A stretch of DNA of 61,936 nucleotides, the filler included. It is 6 parts of 6 records of this genome, joined end to end, with 100 filler letters (N's around TTAATTAATTAA, not from the genome) between each part and the next. Parts side by side here need not be neighbours in the genome. Positions count along the whole stretch, not along the records: positions 8,161 to 15,584 come from SRR31156797_9910; positions 15,685 to 36,219 come from SRR31156797_9916; 4 more parts are not named here. One strand, 5' to 3'. Positions 9,538 to 19,971 of this stretch are shown here, piece after piece (positions within the stretch are counted from its first letter, which is position 1; each line of letters starts with the position of its first letter). The notes under the pieces are model-generated. The model saw only the letters and a list, made by a program, of their open reading frames with translations. It was not told the DNA's origin and ran no database searches. Both the position numbers and the translations under genes were made by a program.

Positions 9538-9611
9538 CCGATATTCGCCTCTCCTGCCTTCAACCTTGGATTTTGATTAGGTCGAAGGCTGTTTGATCCT
9601 ACGAATATCGG
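9538..9611 (-). promoter_or_regulatory. Two-stem hairpin at the start of the predicted 5' UTR
   Basis: 10-bp perfect outer stem CCGATATTCG/CGAATATCGG and 11-bp inner stem GCCTTCGACCT/AGGTTGAAGGC that closes with a G-U pair only on the minus strand. Confidence 0.6.
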
Positions 9612-9614
9612 TCC

Positions 9615-9683
9615 ATGATACCGGAAGGGATGGGGGATCAGAAGAAATGTGTGATAAACGGGCGGATTTTTGTGACGAGCGGG
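9615..9683 (-). promoter_or_regulatory. Tandem LytTR boxes plus -10 element
   Basis: CCCGCTCGTCAC (9683-9672) and CCCGTTTATCAC (9662-9651), 21-bp period, similar to the AlgR site CCGTTCGTC. TATCAT -10 at 9620-9615. Confidence 0.7.
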
Positions 9684-9810
9684 AGATAAGAATTTATATA
9701 ACCATATTGACGGTTACAGGCGCCGGTTATATGGGGTATAGAAAATTAGGAATTATTGGCGGATAATCCTGCAAGGTTGCAGAAGTCGTTGCGCTCTTCC
9801 AACGTAGATA

Positions 9811-10587
9811 CTATTCCGGCTGGTCGGCTGCGTCTTTAAGCCGGTCTTTAAGATCCTGGAGGCGACGTTTGCTGACTTCAAAAGGCTCCGGCCGGGTTTT
9901 GAGGAATACTTGCCAAACGCCGTCGTCATCCATGATCAAGCTATTGATCTGGTGCAGGTTTACAATGTTTGAGCGATGGATTCGCTGAAATATGTCGATT
10001 GGCAGCTGTGTTTCCCAGTTTTTCATGGTCTGGCGAACAACATATTTTGAACCGTCTATTAAATGCAGGACTGTGTAATTTCCTCCCAGGGAGGCCACGG
10101 CGGAAATATTCTTTATATCAATAAACCTTTGTTCATTATCTGTTTTAACAAAGACCTTGTCGTTGTTTTTAAAAGGCTGGGCAAGTTCGGGGGAGGCTTC
10201 CCGATTTTGAAAACGGTCTTTCAACCTGTTAATAGTGGCCGCCAGACGTTCGGCTTCCACGGGTTTTAGAAGATAGTCGAGGGCGTTTACTTCAAAAGCC
10301 CTGATTGCGTATTGATCATAGCCTGAGAAGAAAACAATATGAGTACCGGGGTCAATATGAGGAACAAGATCGAAACCTGTTTCGTCCTTTAACTGTATGT
10401 CAAGAAAAACAACATCCGGGCGAAAGTCTTCAAGGAGCAGGACGGCTTCGCTCATGGATTCGCCCTCGCCGACAATTTCTATTTCCTTATGGACCAAAAG
10501 CATTTCACGCAGAACATCACACATGAATTTATCATCGTCGATGATTATAGCCCTGTATGGTTTAACACTCATAACCATTCCAAACAA
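9811..10587 (-). CDS. LytTR-family response regulator
   Basis: REC (IIDDD, FLDIQL, AIRAFEVNALDYLLKP) plus LytTR (FQRIHRSNIVN, VSKRR). True start is probably 10578 or 10572. Confidence 0.93.
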   Translation of the reverse strand: MFGMVMSVKPYRAIIIDDDKFMCDVLREMLLVHKEIEIVGEGESMSEAVLLLEDFRPDVVFLDIQLKDETGFDLVPHIDPGTHIVFFSGYDQYAIRAFEVNALDYLLKPVEAERLAATINRLKDRFQNREASPELAQPFKNNDKVFVKTDNEQRFIDIKNISAVASLGGNYTVLHLIDGSKYVVRQTMKNWETQLPIDIFQRIHRSNIVNLHQINSLIMDDDGVWQVFLKTRPEPFEVSKRRLQDLKDRLKDAADQPE

Positions 10588-10820
10588 ACGCCTGACCCTG
10601 TTTATATAAGTCGTTGCGTTTTTGTTGTGAATAATAGTATGAAAAAGGTTTTATTTTAGTATCTTACGGTATTGTTTTCAAGTTTTTCCTACAATTTGCT
10701 ATAATAACCGAGGCGGCAATTCCTGTAAAACTAAAAAGAGCAAAAACACCAGGCTTACGCGCCCGGTATTATTTATCACGGATTGCTGAAAAAAAGCTTC
10801 GCCGTGTTTCACACAAGGCC

Positions 10821-13800
10821 ATGGAACTGATTAACATTGTCTATAAAAATATTACCTCGTCCAAACAGGCTTGGATAAGAGCAGCCGTTTTGTTTGTCAT
10901 ACTTTTCTTTCTGGCGCCGGGCGCGGGGGTATGTTCGCAACATAATGGAATTGTCTTTGATCATGCACTGACGCTCGGCGTTTTGGTTAAGGATTTTGTT
11001 CAAGATAAAGACGGGTTTTTCTGGTTTGCCACGGGCGCGGGTTTGAAGCGGTGGGACGGCGTCGAGATTAAATCCTGGAGAAAAGGTGAAGAATCATTAA
11101 CGGATGATCACCTGACGGCATTGGCTGACACGGATGAAGCGCTCTGGATTCTGTCGCGGCGCGGCTTGAACCGTTATGACCGTAATACGGGCGGATTCAC
11201 GCAATATCTACATGATCCCAAAAATCATGACAGTTTGAGCGACAACACCGGACTTTCACTTCTTGCGGATTCGACTGGAAACATATGGATAGGAACGGCA
11301 AATGGAGGGCTTAACCGGTATGACCCGACCGCCGACAAATTTGTCAGGTACAAACACGACCCGGCTTTCCCCGGAAGCATCAGCCGCGGACAGGTGACAG
11401 CCTTATGCGAAGACTCAGAAGGTAATATCTGGGTTGGAACCAATGAAGGCGGGTTGAACAGGTTTGAAAAACAAAACGGTAAGTTTATACATCTTAAACA
11501 TGATCCGGGAGATCCGAATAGTATAGACGGCGACAACATTACGGCCCTGTTCGAGGATTCAACCGGCGCCCTGTGGATAGGAGTGGGTTCCAGGGGATTG
11601 AGCCGTCTTGATAAAACATCGGGAGCCTTTACGCATTACAGGCATGACCCGGATGATGAGCGCAGTTTGAGTTCTAATAATATTGAAGCGATTTTTGAAG
11701 ATCCGGCCGGTGTGATCTGGATTGGAACACTAGGGGGCGTACTAAACCGGCTTGATGTTGAAAGCGGGGCTGTTGAAAGGCATATGCCCGACCGGGATAA
11801 TCCGGGTTCCATTCGTTCAATGGATATAAAGGAATTCCATGTAGACGGGTCGAACATCATGTGGGTGATCGGCCGTTCCGGAGAAGTGGAAAAATGGGAT
11901 AGAAAAAGCGAGGGGTTCAAGCTGTACCGGCATCACACCAAACAGGACTTCAGTTTGAGCAGTAATGTTGTTTTGAACGTTTACCAGGATCGTGAAAATG
12001 ATATTTGGATTGGGACGGCAAACGGGCTGAACAGGTTTAACCGGACAGATGGAACATTTACCCGTTACATGGTTGAACCGGGAAATCCTGAAAGCCTGCC
12101 CCAAAGACTTGTTAACCGGATGCTCGAAGACGAAAGCGGGAATTTTTGGGTTGCCGGCACGAACATGCATGAAGGCGTTTTGAGCTTATTTGACAGAAAG
12201 AGCGGAAAGTTTATACATCACTACAGGCATGATCCGGACAATCCGGCCGGCTTTGTAAAAACCAGGTGGCTGACCGACCTGATAGCGGACAGAAAGAAGC
12301 CTGACGACCTCTGGATGACTGCGGCCATGGGCGGATTGATGAAGTTTGACACAAAAAAGAGAGCTTTCACCCATTACCCGGCCGACCCCAATGATGAGAA
12401 TAAAATCATGGGAACCTGTTTGCACATTTACCAGGACCGGGAGGGCCTGCTCTGGCTTTGCGGGGAATACGGGGTTGAAATATTTGACAGGAATAAAAGC
12501 ACGGTTGTCCGGCGCTGCAAGGATATCGGGTCGGGCGGACTGATCGGCAGAAGAGTGACGCATGTTTTGGAGGACGGGCCGGATGTTTTATGGTTTTGCA
12601 CAAATGAAGGGCTGAGCAGGCTTGACCGGCAATCAGACAGTTTTAAACATTACACCATGAAAAACGGATTGCCGGTAAATAATGTAATAGCTGCTTTCAA
12701 GGATAAAAACGGCGCCCTTTGGATGAGCACCAACGGCGGAGGCGCGGTCAGATTTGACCCCGAAACTGAAAAGTGTACTGCATACAAAAAAGAAGACGGA
12801 TTGCAAGGGGATGTCTTTTTTTGGAGCTCATTCTGCCAAACCAGGACCGGCGAAATATGGTTCGGAGGGCTCAACGGCGTCAACAGTTTTTATCCGGAAA
12901 ACATCAAGGCCAATCCCCACCATCCTTCAATTTGCCTGGTTTCCGTTACGCAGGACGGTCGGGATATCTATTCAGATATGGCGCCGGAGAGGATAAAAGA
13001 GATCAATCTGGGATGGCGGGCCAACTATTTTGAATTTGAAGCGGCCGCGATTGAATACACGGCGCCGCGAAAAAACCGTTACGCTTATATGTTGGAAGGC
13101 ATTGACAACGACTGGTACTATTCCGGGACAAATCGCCGTGGAAGATACACCGGCCTTCCAGGAGGAACTTATATTTTAAGGATCAAAGGGGCGAATAAAG
13201 ACGGACTCTGGAATGAAAAAGACATTTCATTGAAAGTATCGGTCGCCTCGCCGCCCTGGAAAACCTGGTGGGCTTACATGATATACGCCATGCTTATGAT
13301 CGGCGGTTTGTTTTTATATACCTACCGGCGGATAAATCGCGTGGAGACGCAGAAGCGCAGGTTGGAGCAGCAAGTGGCGGAGCGAACCAGGGATTTGGAA
13401 ACAGCGAACAGGGACCTTGAAAAGGCCATGGGCGAGGCGGAAGCCGCGAACCAGGCCAAGAGTGAATTTCTGGCCAACATGTCCCACGAAATCCGCACGC
13501 CCATGAACGTAATATTGGGCATGACCGACCTTGTAATGAAAACCGGTCTTGATTCGGAACAACATAATGGAATGGCCATGATAAAGGATTCGTCTCAACA
13601 CCTTTTGATGGTTTTGAATGACATCCTTGACCTTTCCAAAATCGAGGCGGGCAAGGCGGTACTGGAGTCGATAGATTTTGATCTGTACGAGGTTATGGAA
13701 TCAGTTAAAAGTGCGCTATATGTTTTGGCCCGGGAAAAGGGCCTGAGCTTGTCACAATCAATTGCTCCCGATACGCCGCGATATCTGAAGGGGGATCCAA

Positions 13801-14975
13801 TTCGGTTGAGACAGGTATTGTTAAACCTGGCGGGCAATGCGGTTAAATTTACCAGGCATGGCGAGGTGCGCATTAATGCAAAAAGGGACGAAGAAAGAGA
13901 TTCCGTGGAACCAATGCATAGTGAAGGCCGTGAAAGTATCCGCCTTTTATTTTCGGTAACCGACACGGGCATGGGGATTCCGGAGGACAAGAGGGAGACT
14001 ATTTTTGAAAGTTTCAGCCAGGCTGACGGGTCGACAACACGGGAATACGGCGGAACGGGGTTGGGGCTTGCTATCAGCAGGCGCCTGGTTGAATTGATGG
14101 GCGGGGAGATCGACGTTGAAAGCAAGGTCGGAGAAGGCAGCGTGTTTAATTTCAATGTAGTATTCCAACCGGGCGTTCCTGCCGGAAAACAGCTCGAAAC
14201 ACCGCTTGGCATTCTGGAAGGACCTGAACCGTGCGGGCAGTTAAATATTCTGCTGGTGGAAGACAATCCACTTAATGTGGAGGCGGCCATGGCGTTTATC
14301 AGGTATTACGGACATGAGGCTTCATCGGTAAATAATGGTAAAGAGGCGATTTCCGCACTGGCCGAGCAGGAATACGATCTGATTTTGATGGATGTGGAGA
14401 TGCCGGAGATGGACGGGATTGAGGCTACAAGGCGTATAAGGAACGGCGAAGCGGGAGAGGAGCGACGTTTTGTGCCGATTATAGCACTGACTGCCCATGC
14501 CCTGGTTGGGGCCAGGGACAAGTGCCTTGATGCCGGGATGAATGATTTTCTAAATAAACCTGTTGATTTTAACGAATTTGGGACGATGATTATGCGCATT
14601 GCTCCGGAAGCCGGTGAGAAACACCATAATAGGGCGGAGAACGCACCGCCCCCGGATGAGATGGGAGAAGGCAGAAAGGCGGCGTTGAAGCGTTTGGGGG
14701 GGAATGAAGATCTGCTGAATCGATTATCCATGAGATTTGTGGAAGGGCTCCAGGACTACAAGGATAATTTTCATAACGCGTTTACAAGTAAGGATATGAA
14801 GGAACTGGCCCGTTTGGCGCATACTTTTAAGAGTGCGGCCGGGACAGTGGGCAAAGATGAATGCCGGCGGTTGGCGGGCGCCTTGGAAGAGGCGGCCAGG
14901 GCCGGGAGTATGGATGAGGTTGAGGAGACTTTGAAAAGGATTTATGCCTGGATGGAGAGTTTTACGGGACGCTGA
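10821..14975 (+). CDS. Hybrid sensor histidine kinase (two-component regulator propellers + Y_Y_Y, TM, HisKA, HATPase, REC, Hpt)
   Basis: Repeated D..G.IW.GT..GGLNR blades, [68 protein letters not shown]. Confidence 0.93.
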   Translation: MELINIVYKNITSSKQAWIRAAVLFVILFFLAPGAGVCSQHNGIVFDHALTLGVLVKDFVQDKDGFFWFATGAGLKRWDGVEIKSWRKGEESLTDDHLTALADTDEALWILSRRGLNRYDRNTGGFTQYLHDPKNHDSLSDNTGLSLLADSTGNIWIGTANGGLNRYDPTADKFVRYKHDPAFPGSISRGQVTALCEDSEGNIWVGTNEGGLNRFEKQNGKFIHLKHDPGDPNSIDGDNITALFEDSTGALWIGVGSRGLSRLDKTSGAFTHYRHDPDDERSLSSNNIEAIFEDPAGVIWIGTLGGVLNRLDVESGAVERHMPDRDNPGSIRSMDIKEFHVDGSNIMWVIGRSGEVEKWDRKSEGFKLYRHHTKQDFSLSSNVVLNVYQDRENDIWIGTANGLNRFNRTDGTFTRYMVEPGNPESLPQRLVNRMLEDESGNFWVAGTNMHEGVLSLFDRKSGKFIHHYRHDPDNPAGFVKTRWLTDLIADRKKPDDLWMTAAMGGLMKFDTKKRAFTHYPADPNDENKIMGTCLHIYQDREGLLWLCGEYGVEIFDRNKSTVVRRCKDIGSGGLIGRRVTHVLEDGPDVLWFCTNEGLSRLDRQSDSFKHYTMKNGLPVNNVIAAFKDKNGALWMSTNGGGAVRFDPETEKCTAYKKEDGLQGDVFFWSSFCQTRTGEIWFGGLNGVNSFYPENIKANPHHPSICLVSVTQDGRDIYSDMAPERIKEINLGWRANYFEFEAAAIEYTAPRKNRYAYMLEGIDNDWYYSGTNRRGRYTGLPGGTYILRIKGANKDGLWNEKDISLKVSVASPPWKTWWAYMIYAMLMIGGLFLYTYRRINRVETQKRRLEQQVAERTRDLETANRDLEKAMGEAEAANQAKSEFLANMSHEIRTPMNVILGMTDLVMKTGLDSEQHNGMAMIKDSSQHLLMVLNDILDLSKIEAGKAVLESIDFDLYEVMESVKSALYVLAREKGLSLSQSIAPDTPRYLKGDPIRLRQVLLNLAGNAVKFTRHGEVRINAKRDEERDSVEPMHSEGRESIRLLFSVTDTGMGIPEDKRETIFESFSQADGSTTREYGGTGLGLAISRRLVELMGGEIDVESKVGEGSVFNFNVVFQPGVPAGKQLETPLGILEGPEPCGQLNILLVEDNPLNVEAAMAFIRYYGHEASSVNNGKEAISALAEQEYDLILMDVEMPEMDGIEATRRIRNGEAGEERRFVPIIALTAHALVGARDKCLDAGMNDFLNKPVDFNEFGTMIMRIAPEAGEKHHNRAENAPPPDEMGEGRKAALKRLGGNEDLLNRLSMRFVEGLQDYKDNFHNAFTSKDMKELARLAHTFKSAAGTVGKDECRRLAGALEEAARAGSMDEVEETLKRIYAWMESFTGR

Positions 14976-15248
14976 ACGCCATTCATTTTGTTAATGAAAA
15001 TCAGTTCATTTTTTGCATTTTCCATAGGTTAATTGAACATAAACTATGGCCTTTTTGCGGATATTCTAGTAGGCTGACTCATTCTTGGCTTAACAAGAGA
15101 AAAATGCACAGCGGCGCCAACGGTCGATAATAATAAAAGATCGACTGCTAACCGTTTCACTATTCCAAAAGAAACAGATTTAACGCCCGGTCCCGGGCGT
15201 AAATTCGGCGCTGCTTATGATGCAACATGAAATAAGGAGGATGGATAG

Positions 15249-15584
15249 ATGAATTTCGAATTGGGTGAAGAACTTAATATGTTAAAGGACATGGCCTACA
15301 AATTCGCTCAGAATGAATTCGGGCCTGTCTCCCACGAGTGTGATGTTGAAGAAAAGTACACTCCGGAAATTTTTAAGAAGGCTGCTGAAAACGGCCTGGT
15401 CGGCGCCTGGGTGCCCGAGGAATACGGCGGAGCCGGAGCGGGCTTTTTGGGCCTGGCGGTTATTACCGAGCAGCTTTCCCGCGTGGATATGGGCATTGGT
15501 CTTAACATAATTGCGGCGACATTCGGTACGGAAGCCATCTATTTCTACGGAACCGAGGAACAGAAAAAAGAATATATCGCGGCC
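15249..15584 (+). CDS. Acyl-CoA dehydrogenase, N-terminal fragment
   Basis: MNFELGEE..., VPEEYGGAG, EQLSRVD, GTEEQKKEY. SD AAGGAGG. Truncated by the spacer. Confidence 0.9.
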
Positions 15585-15684
15585 NNNNNNNNNNNNNNNN
15601 NNNNNNNNNNNNNNNNNNNNNNNNNNNNTTAATTAATTAANNNNNNNNNNNNNNNNNNNNNNNNNNNNNNNNNNNNNNNNNNNN
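15585..15684. other. Artificial contig-joining spacer
   Basis: N44-TTAATTAATTAA-N44. Confidence 0.99.
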
Positions 15685-15762
15685 CATTCCTACCGTTATT
15701 AAGCTTGCTCTGAATTCGTTGATGCAGCTCTGAACTCTGCATCTTGAGGTTAATTTAGTATA
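15685..15762. repeat. End of a Vibrio ERIC-like (MITE-type) intergenic repeat
   Basis: Ends GCATCTTGAGGTTAATTTAGTATA, resembling the ERIC-type terminus ...CTTGAGGTTACTTGGGTATA. The contig breaks inside it, as expected for a multicopy repeat. Confidence 0.6.
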
Positions 15763-15805
15763 TAATACCCAATTATTTGAATAAGTTAATCACTGATATG
15801 TAAAA

Positions 15806-16942
15806 TTAGAGCTGTTTGTGCATAACATCGCCAATTTGGATGCTGGAAATCAGTTCAGGCTGGTCTACCGTTAGCTCAGCGTCATTTTCATAAACGCGAG
15901 AAACCGTCAGCGTGATTTCACTTTGCGACACTTTGTTACGCGGCAAACCTTTCTGGTCGATAAACGCACCCGTATGCCATAGCTGCAATTTGTCGCCTTC
16001 TTGTACGCCATGCACTCGACCTAAATCCATAGTGATCGTACTACCGAATTTAGCAATCACTTCCGGTAGCGTAATTTTGCACGATATTTCAGACTCTAGG
16101 TCGAGCATAATATTACGGCTTACTCGTAATAGCATATCGCCGTAAGTGGATGCCCAGAAACGAGCACTGCGGGTATCGATTTGGCTGGTTTTGGCAAACG
16201 GCCAGCGTGCTACTTCACGGTAATTGTGTTTGAACACTTCGCTGCCGGTTTTACCATCGAATACTTCCATCTCCAGTGCGAACTGGCGGTTAATAACATC
16301 ATCTTGCAGAAGCTTTTGTTCAATGGTTGCGGTTAAATCGGTGATCACGCCGCCGATAATATATTGCGCCCCGGTATCCTGGGCTATCATTTTAATTCGC
16401 TCTGGGTTGCGAGCATTGATCTCATAGTTGGTGGTGCCCACAGAAACAAAGCTTCGTGACTCCTGACCAATCTGGCGGTTAACGACTTCAGCGAAGTCAT
16501 CGCCCAAGTCATAAATTTGGCCCATAACGGCTTGTTGCGGTGAGGCAACGTCAATATTGCCGACAAGAAAAGTCTTTTTGTATTGGTCTTGCTGGCAACT
16601 GGTTGCCGATGGGTAAATATCAATACGGGCTTTTACTAACATCGTGTCGCGATTAGAGGCGACCTCTTCAATCAAGATATAGCGGACTTCATGGTTGGAA
16701 AACTGGTATTCGGTGCGTCCTGATTCTAAAAGCGGCATTAAATTGCTGATGCTACCAATATCTGCCCCGGCAAAACTTACCGCTTTATAGATGGCGTTCT
16801 CCAACGCGTGTAATCGAGCGGCACTTTCTGTCGATACGATAGCGGCAGTTCCTGTCACTTCATACCATTCCGCATAAGCTTTAGGAATAGCAAGGTAGGC
16901 GGAAAGTGTTGAAATTAAACAATAAATAAATTTTCTCATCAT
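15806..16942 (-). CDS. flgT: Flagellar H-ring assembly protein FlgT
   Basis: Signal peptide then WYEVTGTA. Divergent from flgOP, as in Vibrio. Confidence 0.92.
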   Translation of the reverse strand: MMRKFIYCLISTLSAYLAIPKAYAEWYEVTGTAAIVSTESAARLHALENAIYKAVSFAGADIGSISNLMPLLESGRTEYQFSNHEVRYILIEEVASNRDTMLVKARIDIYPSATSCQQDQYKKTFLVGNIDVASPQQAVMGQIYDLGDDFAEVVNRQIGQESRSFVSVGTTNYEINARNPERIKMIAQDTGAQYIIGGVITDLTATIEQKLLQDDVINRQFALEMEVFDGKTGSEVFKHNYREVARWPFAKTSQIDTRSARFWASTYGDMLLRVSRNIMLDLESEISCKITLPEVIAKFGSTITMDLGRVHGVQEGDKLQLWHTGAFIDQKGLPRNKVSQSEITLTVSRVYENDAELTVDQPELISSIQIGDVMHKQL

Positions 16943-16953
16943 AAATTACCAGT

Positions 16954-16970
16954 TAGGTATAAATTTTGCT
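16954..16970 (+). promoter_or_regulatory. sigma54 promoter for flgOP
   Basis: TAGGTATAAATTTTGCT, GG-N10-GC. Confidence 0.7.
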
Positions 16971-17027
16971 TTTCTAATCTTAGCTGATGCAGGTAACGCG
17001 TTTCTGAATAGTAGACGAATTTAGAAT

Positions 17028-17044
17028 AGCAAAGAGCGTTCCAG
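17028..17044 (-). promoter_or_regulatory. sigma54 promoter for flgT
   Basis: CTGGAACGCTCTTTGCT on the minus strand, GG-N10-GC. Confidence 0.7.
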
Positions 17045-17101
17045 TTTCATCAATAAGAGTAAATTGGAACCGATGCCTTAGTATATCTGGAGATTAAGAG
17101 A

Positions 17102-17737
17102 ATGAAAAAATGGCTTTCTTTAGTGCCCGCAGTTTTTTTGACTGCTTGTGCTTACGCCCCGATTTATAACGGTAAAGAGCCATACACTGGCTCACAGTTT
17201 ATGTTGATGGAGAGCCCAAGACATACCTTGGATTTCTTTGTTGAGAGTATGACTGAAGACTTAATGATATCGAATACCAGTATTACTGCGCGTAATTCGA
17301 TTGCAGTTACCTCTTTTGTTGATCTACAAAATATGGATGCAACAAACTGGTTGGGTAACTCGGTATCGGAAGGGTTCATTTATCAGTTCCAACGCCGAGG
17401 CTTTAAAGTTGTCGATTTTAAAACGACAGGCTCAATTCAAGTGACTCAAACGGGTGACTTTGCATTTAGCCGTGACTGGAAAGATCTGGCTCAGGAGCAA
17501 GACATTCAGTACGTTTTGACCGGCACGATGCTGCGTCAGGAAGGTGGCGTTATTGTTAATGCCCGAGTGGTTGGTTTGCAGTCTCGTATTGTGGTTGCTA
17601 CTGCTCAAGGCTTCTTGCCAGCGGATCGAATTGGCCGCGATTTAGATACTTTGAATCAAATGCGTACTCAAGATGGTGTGCTGATCCGCTCAGACCCAAC
17701 GATGTACCAACCGTATACCGTTATTTTACGCCCATAG
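17102..17737 (+). CDS. flgO: Outer-membrane lipoprotein FlgO
   Basis: Lipobox LTAC, IAVTSFVDL, YVLTGT. Synteny. Confidence 0.92.
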   Translation: MKKWLSLVPAVFLTACAYAPIYNGKEPYTGSQFMLMESPRHTLDFFVESMTEDLMISNTSITARNSIAVTSFVDLQNMDATNWLGNSVSEGFIYQFQRRGFKVVDFKTTGSIQVTQTGDFAFSRDWKDLAQEQDIQYVLTGTMLRQEGGVIVNARVVGLQSRIVVATAQGFLPADRIGRDLDTLNQMRTQDGVLIRSDPTMYQPYTVILRP

Positions 17738-17743
17738 GAGTTG

Positions 17744-18181
17744 ATGATGAAACAATGGTTATTAGTCCTAGTGACGGCTTTCGTTATGATGGGGTGCCAA
17801 CCTCTACAAACCACACGTTCGGATGATTGGCTAACGGCAGTCGGCTACGCCAGCATTACTGAACAAAAAGGTCGTGATGTCGAAGAAAAACGTGTTCGAG
17901 CCATGCGTGCTTCTAAAATTGATGCTTACCGAGAGCTGGCTGAACAAGTGTATGGCATGCGAGTCAGTGGCCGTGCGGAGTTAAGCGATCAGCGCCTTGG
18001 TACTGAACGCACTTCTGGAGAAGTCGACGGTGTGATTCGTGGCGCGGAAGTGATTCGTAGTTACAATGTCGGCGACAGTTATGTGACTGAGCTTCGTTTA
18101 GACATTAATAAGATGAACCGTCTGCGTGATTACGGTGAGGTTCAGCAAGTTCCAGAAAAACGTCAGCAAACACTTTTCTAA
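17744..18181 (+). CDS. flgP: Lipoprotein FlgP
   Basis: Lipobox MMGC, AMRASKIDAYRELAEQVYG. Confidence 0.92.
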   Translation: MMKQWLLVLVTAFVMMGCQPLQTTRSDDWLTAVGYASITEQKGRDVEEKRVRAMRASKIDAYRELAEQVYGMRVSGRAELSDQRLGTERTSGEVDGVIRGAEVIRSYNVGDSYVTELRLDINKMNRLRDYGEVQQVPEKRQQTLF

Positions 18182-18202
18182 ATTTATCTTTCTCCAGATA
18201 CT

Positions 18203-18230
18203 AAAAAAGCGGCAATCATTGCCGCTTTTT
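18203..18230. terminator. Bidirectional terminator flgP/flgN
   Basis: A6-GCGGCAAT-c-ATTGCCGC-T5. Confidence 0.85.
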
Positions 18231-18245
18231 CTATTTTGTTTTTGG

Positions 18246-18671
18246 TTACGCTTTGATATTGGTTCCGAGCGTTGAAACAGATTGTGTACGCCCAGTAGCA
18301 CTGTAAGTCATTCCCACTTTACCTAAACTCTGCTGCATCATGTTATTGAGTTTATTGAAACTCAATTGAGCTCGGTTCAGTGCTTCACCATTAATGATGT
18401 TGGCTTGTTGGCAATCATGAACGATGGAACGGATCTGATTAGTAAGATCATTGAGATACGCATCCTCAGTCAGGCTCGAGACTTGAGGATGATCAGAGAT
18501 CCGTTGATCCGTCGTTTGGAGTTGATTGACCAATGTGATTTTTTGTTTAGCGAGTGCTTCTATATCTGCAGATACTCGTGACGTAATAGCGATTTTCTCA
18601 TTCTCTAACAATGCAGAAAGCTCTTGTGCATTTTTAAGTTGGAATTCAACTAAGTCTTTTAGTACTGCCAT
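18246..18671 (-). CDS. flgN: Flagellar chaperone FlgN
   Basis: LLENEK...CQQANIING...TY motif, downstream of flgM. Confidence 0.9.
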   Translation of the reverse strand: MAVLKDLVEFQLKNAQELSALLENEKIAITSRVSADIEALAKQKITLVNQLQTTDQRISDHPQVSSLTEDAYLNDLTNQIRSIVHDCQQANIINGEALNRAQLSFNKLNNMMQQSLGKVGMTYSATGRTQSVSTLGTNIKA

Positions 18672-18698
18672 AACCTATGTGCCTATCAGTGAAACTGG

Positions 18699-19019
18699 TT
18701 AGCCTAAGCCACCCAATTCTTTTTCAAACTTCATTATATTGTCGGCCAGTTTCTCGGAATCAACAACATAAGATCCATTGGCGATGGCTTCTTTGATTGC
18801 TGCAACTTTTGCGCTATCAAAGCTTGGGTTGGTTGTCATGTCGTTGTGCATCTCACCAATTGCGCGACCTTGATTACTCAGTGATACTGAATCTTGCTTC
18901 GCGCCACGAGCGGAAGAGGTGCTAGAACTTGATGAAGACGCATCGGAATTTGAACGAGCAGGAGCACGGTTCGTTGTATTCAACGAATGCCCTGAACGTA
19001 TATTATCAATGCCTGCCAT
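18699..19019 (-). CDS. flgM: Anti-sigma28 factor FlgM
   Basis: DSVSLS...FDSAKVAAIKEAIANGSYVVD. Confidence 0.95.
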   Translation of the reverse strand: MAGIDNIRSGHSLNTTNRAPARSNSDASSSSSSTSSARGAKQDSVSLSNQGRAIGEMHNDMTTNPSFDSAKVAAIKEAIANGSYVVDSEKLADNIMKFEKELGGLG

Positions 19020-19057
19020 AAATGAGCCTTTTTATAAAATATCAATCTGTACTGTCA

Positions 19058-19084
19058 GTATCGACCAGTTAAACAACTACTTTA
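19058..19084 (-). promoter_or_regulatory. sigma28 promoter for flgMN
   Basis: TAAA-N15-GTCGATAC on the minus strand. Confidence 0.8.
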
Positions 19085-19146
19085 GCAATTTTATGGTGTC
19101 TTGACGAAATTTTGTTTAATTTTCTAACGTTAATTACGCAATCCGT

Positions 19147-19890
19147 CTAAAATTGGACAACAACTTCACCGATTCCACTGACTTGCGCGTCTATTATACG
19201 ATTAGATTTATCATTTTTCACTCGTATCTGTTCTCCGAAGCTGCCGTCAGATAAAGCGGTTCCTTTTGTGGTAATGTTCATACCATTCGCGATGGCCTGG
19301 ATCAGAACCGTGTCATTACGACAAACGACGCATACATCGTTTTGCTCAATAACGTCACCCAACTTCACGTTTTTCTTAGTTTTTGCACCAACGACCATTT
19401 CGATCGAGGAAAAACCTTGCCGTCTAAAGCGCAGCAGATCTACCATACTGATAGTTATGTCGTTTGTTGAGACCACTTGACCGCGATTGAGGTAATTTGC
19501 CGCGGTAACCATAGGAACGGTGATTGTTAGCCTAACGGGAACATAGATTCTCCAGTTATCCTGCTCGCACTCAACCAGTACCGTAATATTACTGGCGGTT
19601 CCATTGTTTGATGAAGACGATGTGGTTAATTGTGTTGGGCAGTCGGTCGCAAAAATTCGTGAATCGATGTTGGAAGCGTTTGCGACAAGTTCACCGCCGT
19701 TTGGAACATCAACGGTCGTGAGTACATGGTTTTCTGCGGCATTTTGAATTATTTTTATTTGCTCCGGAGTCGCAGCAAATAAAGAAAGACTAAAGAAAGC
19801 GAACAAAAAACCGATAGAGTTAAAAAAAATATTATAGAAAGCTCTACACTTAGATAGGGAATGTGGATGTGAACTGGTCTTCGGATACAT
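19147..19890 (-). CDS. flgA: P-ring chaperone FlgA
   Basis: SAF domain, ALSDGSFGEQIRVKNDKSNRII. Start 19890 or 19914. Confidence 0.92.
   Translation of the reverse strand: MYPKTSSHPHSLSKCRAFYNIFFNSIGFLFAFFSLSLFAATPEQIKIIQNAAENHVLTTVDVPNGGELVANASNIDSRIFATDCPTQLTTSSSSNNGTASNITVLVECEQDNWRIYVPVRLTITVPMVTAANYLNRGQVVSTNDITISMVDLLRFRRQGFSSIEMVVGAKTKKNVKLGDVIEQNDVCVVCRNDTVLIQAIANGMNITTKGTALSDGSFGEQIRVKNDKSNRIIDAQVSGIGEVVVQF
19791..19817 (+). promoter_or_regulatory. sigma28 promoter for cheVR, inside flgA on the opposite strand
   Basis: TAAA-N15-ACCGATAG. Confidence 0.65.
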
Positions 19891-19971
19891 GAGTCGTTTC
19901 TCTCGTTTCTTCATAGCTTGTAGTAGACTATCACTTTTTTATAAACATAAGTTTGAGATGGAGATGTGCTT

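Noticed and set aside
10713..10790. Loose resemblance to a c-di-GMP-I riboswitch upstream of the hybrid kinase
   Set aside because: GCAAA-like words are present, but the GNRA-capped stem does not pair and the conserved core is missing.
11200..12400. Recurring CATGA(T/C)CC words in the kinase gene
   Set aside because: They encode the Y.HDP..P.S propeller-blade motif. This is a protein repeat, not an array.
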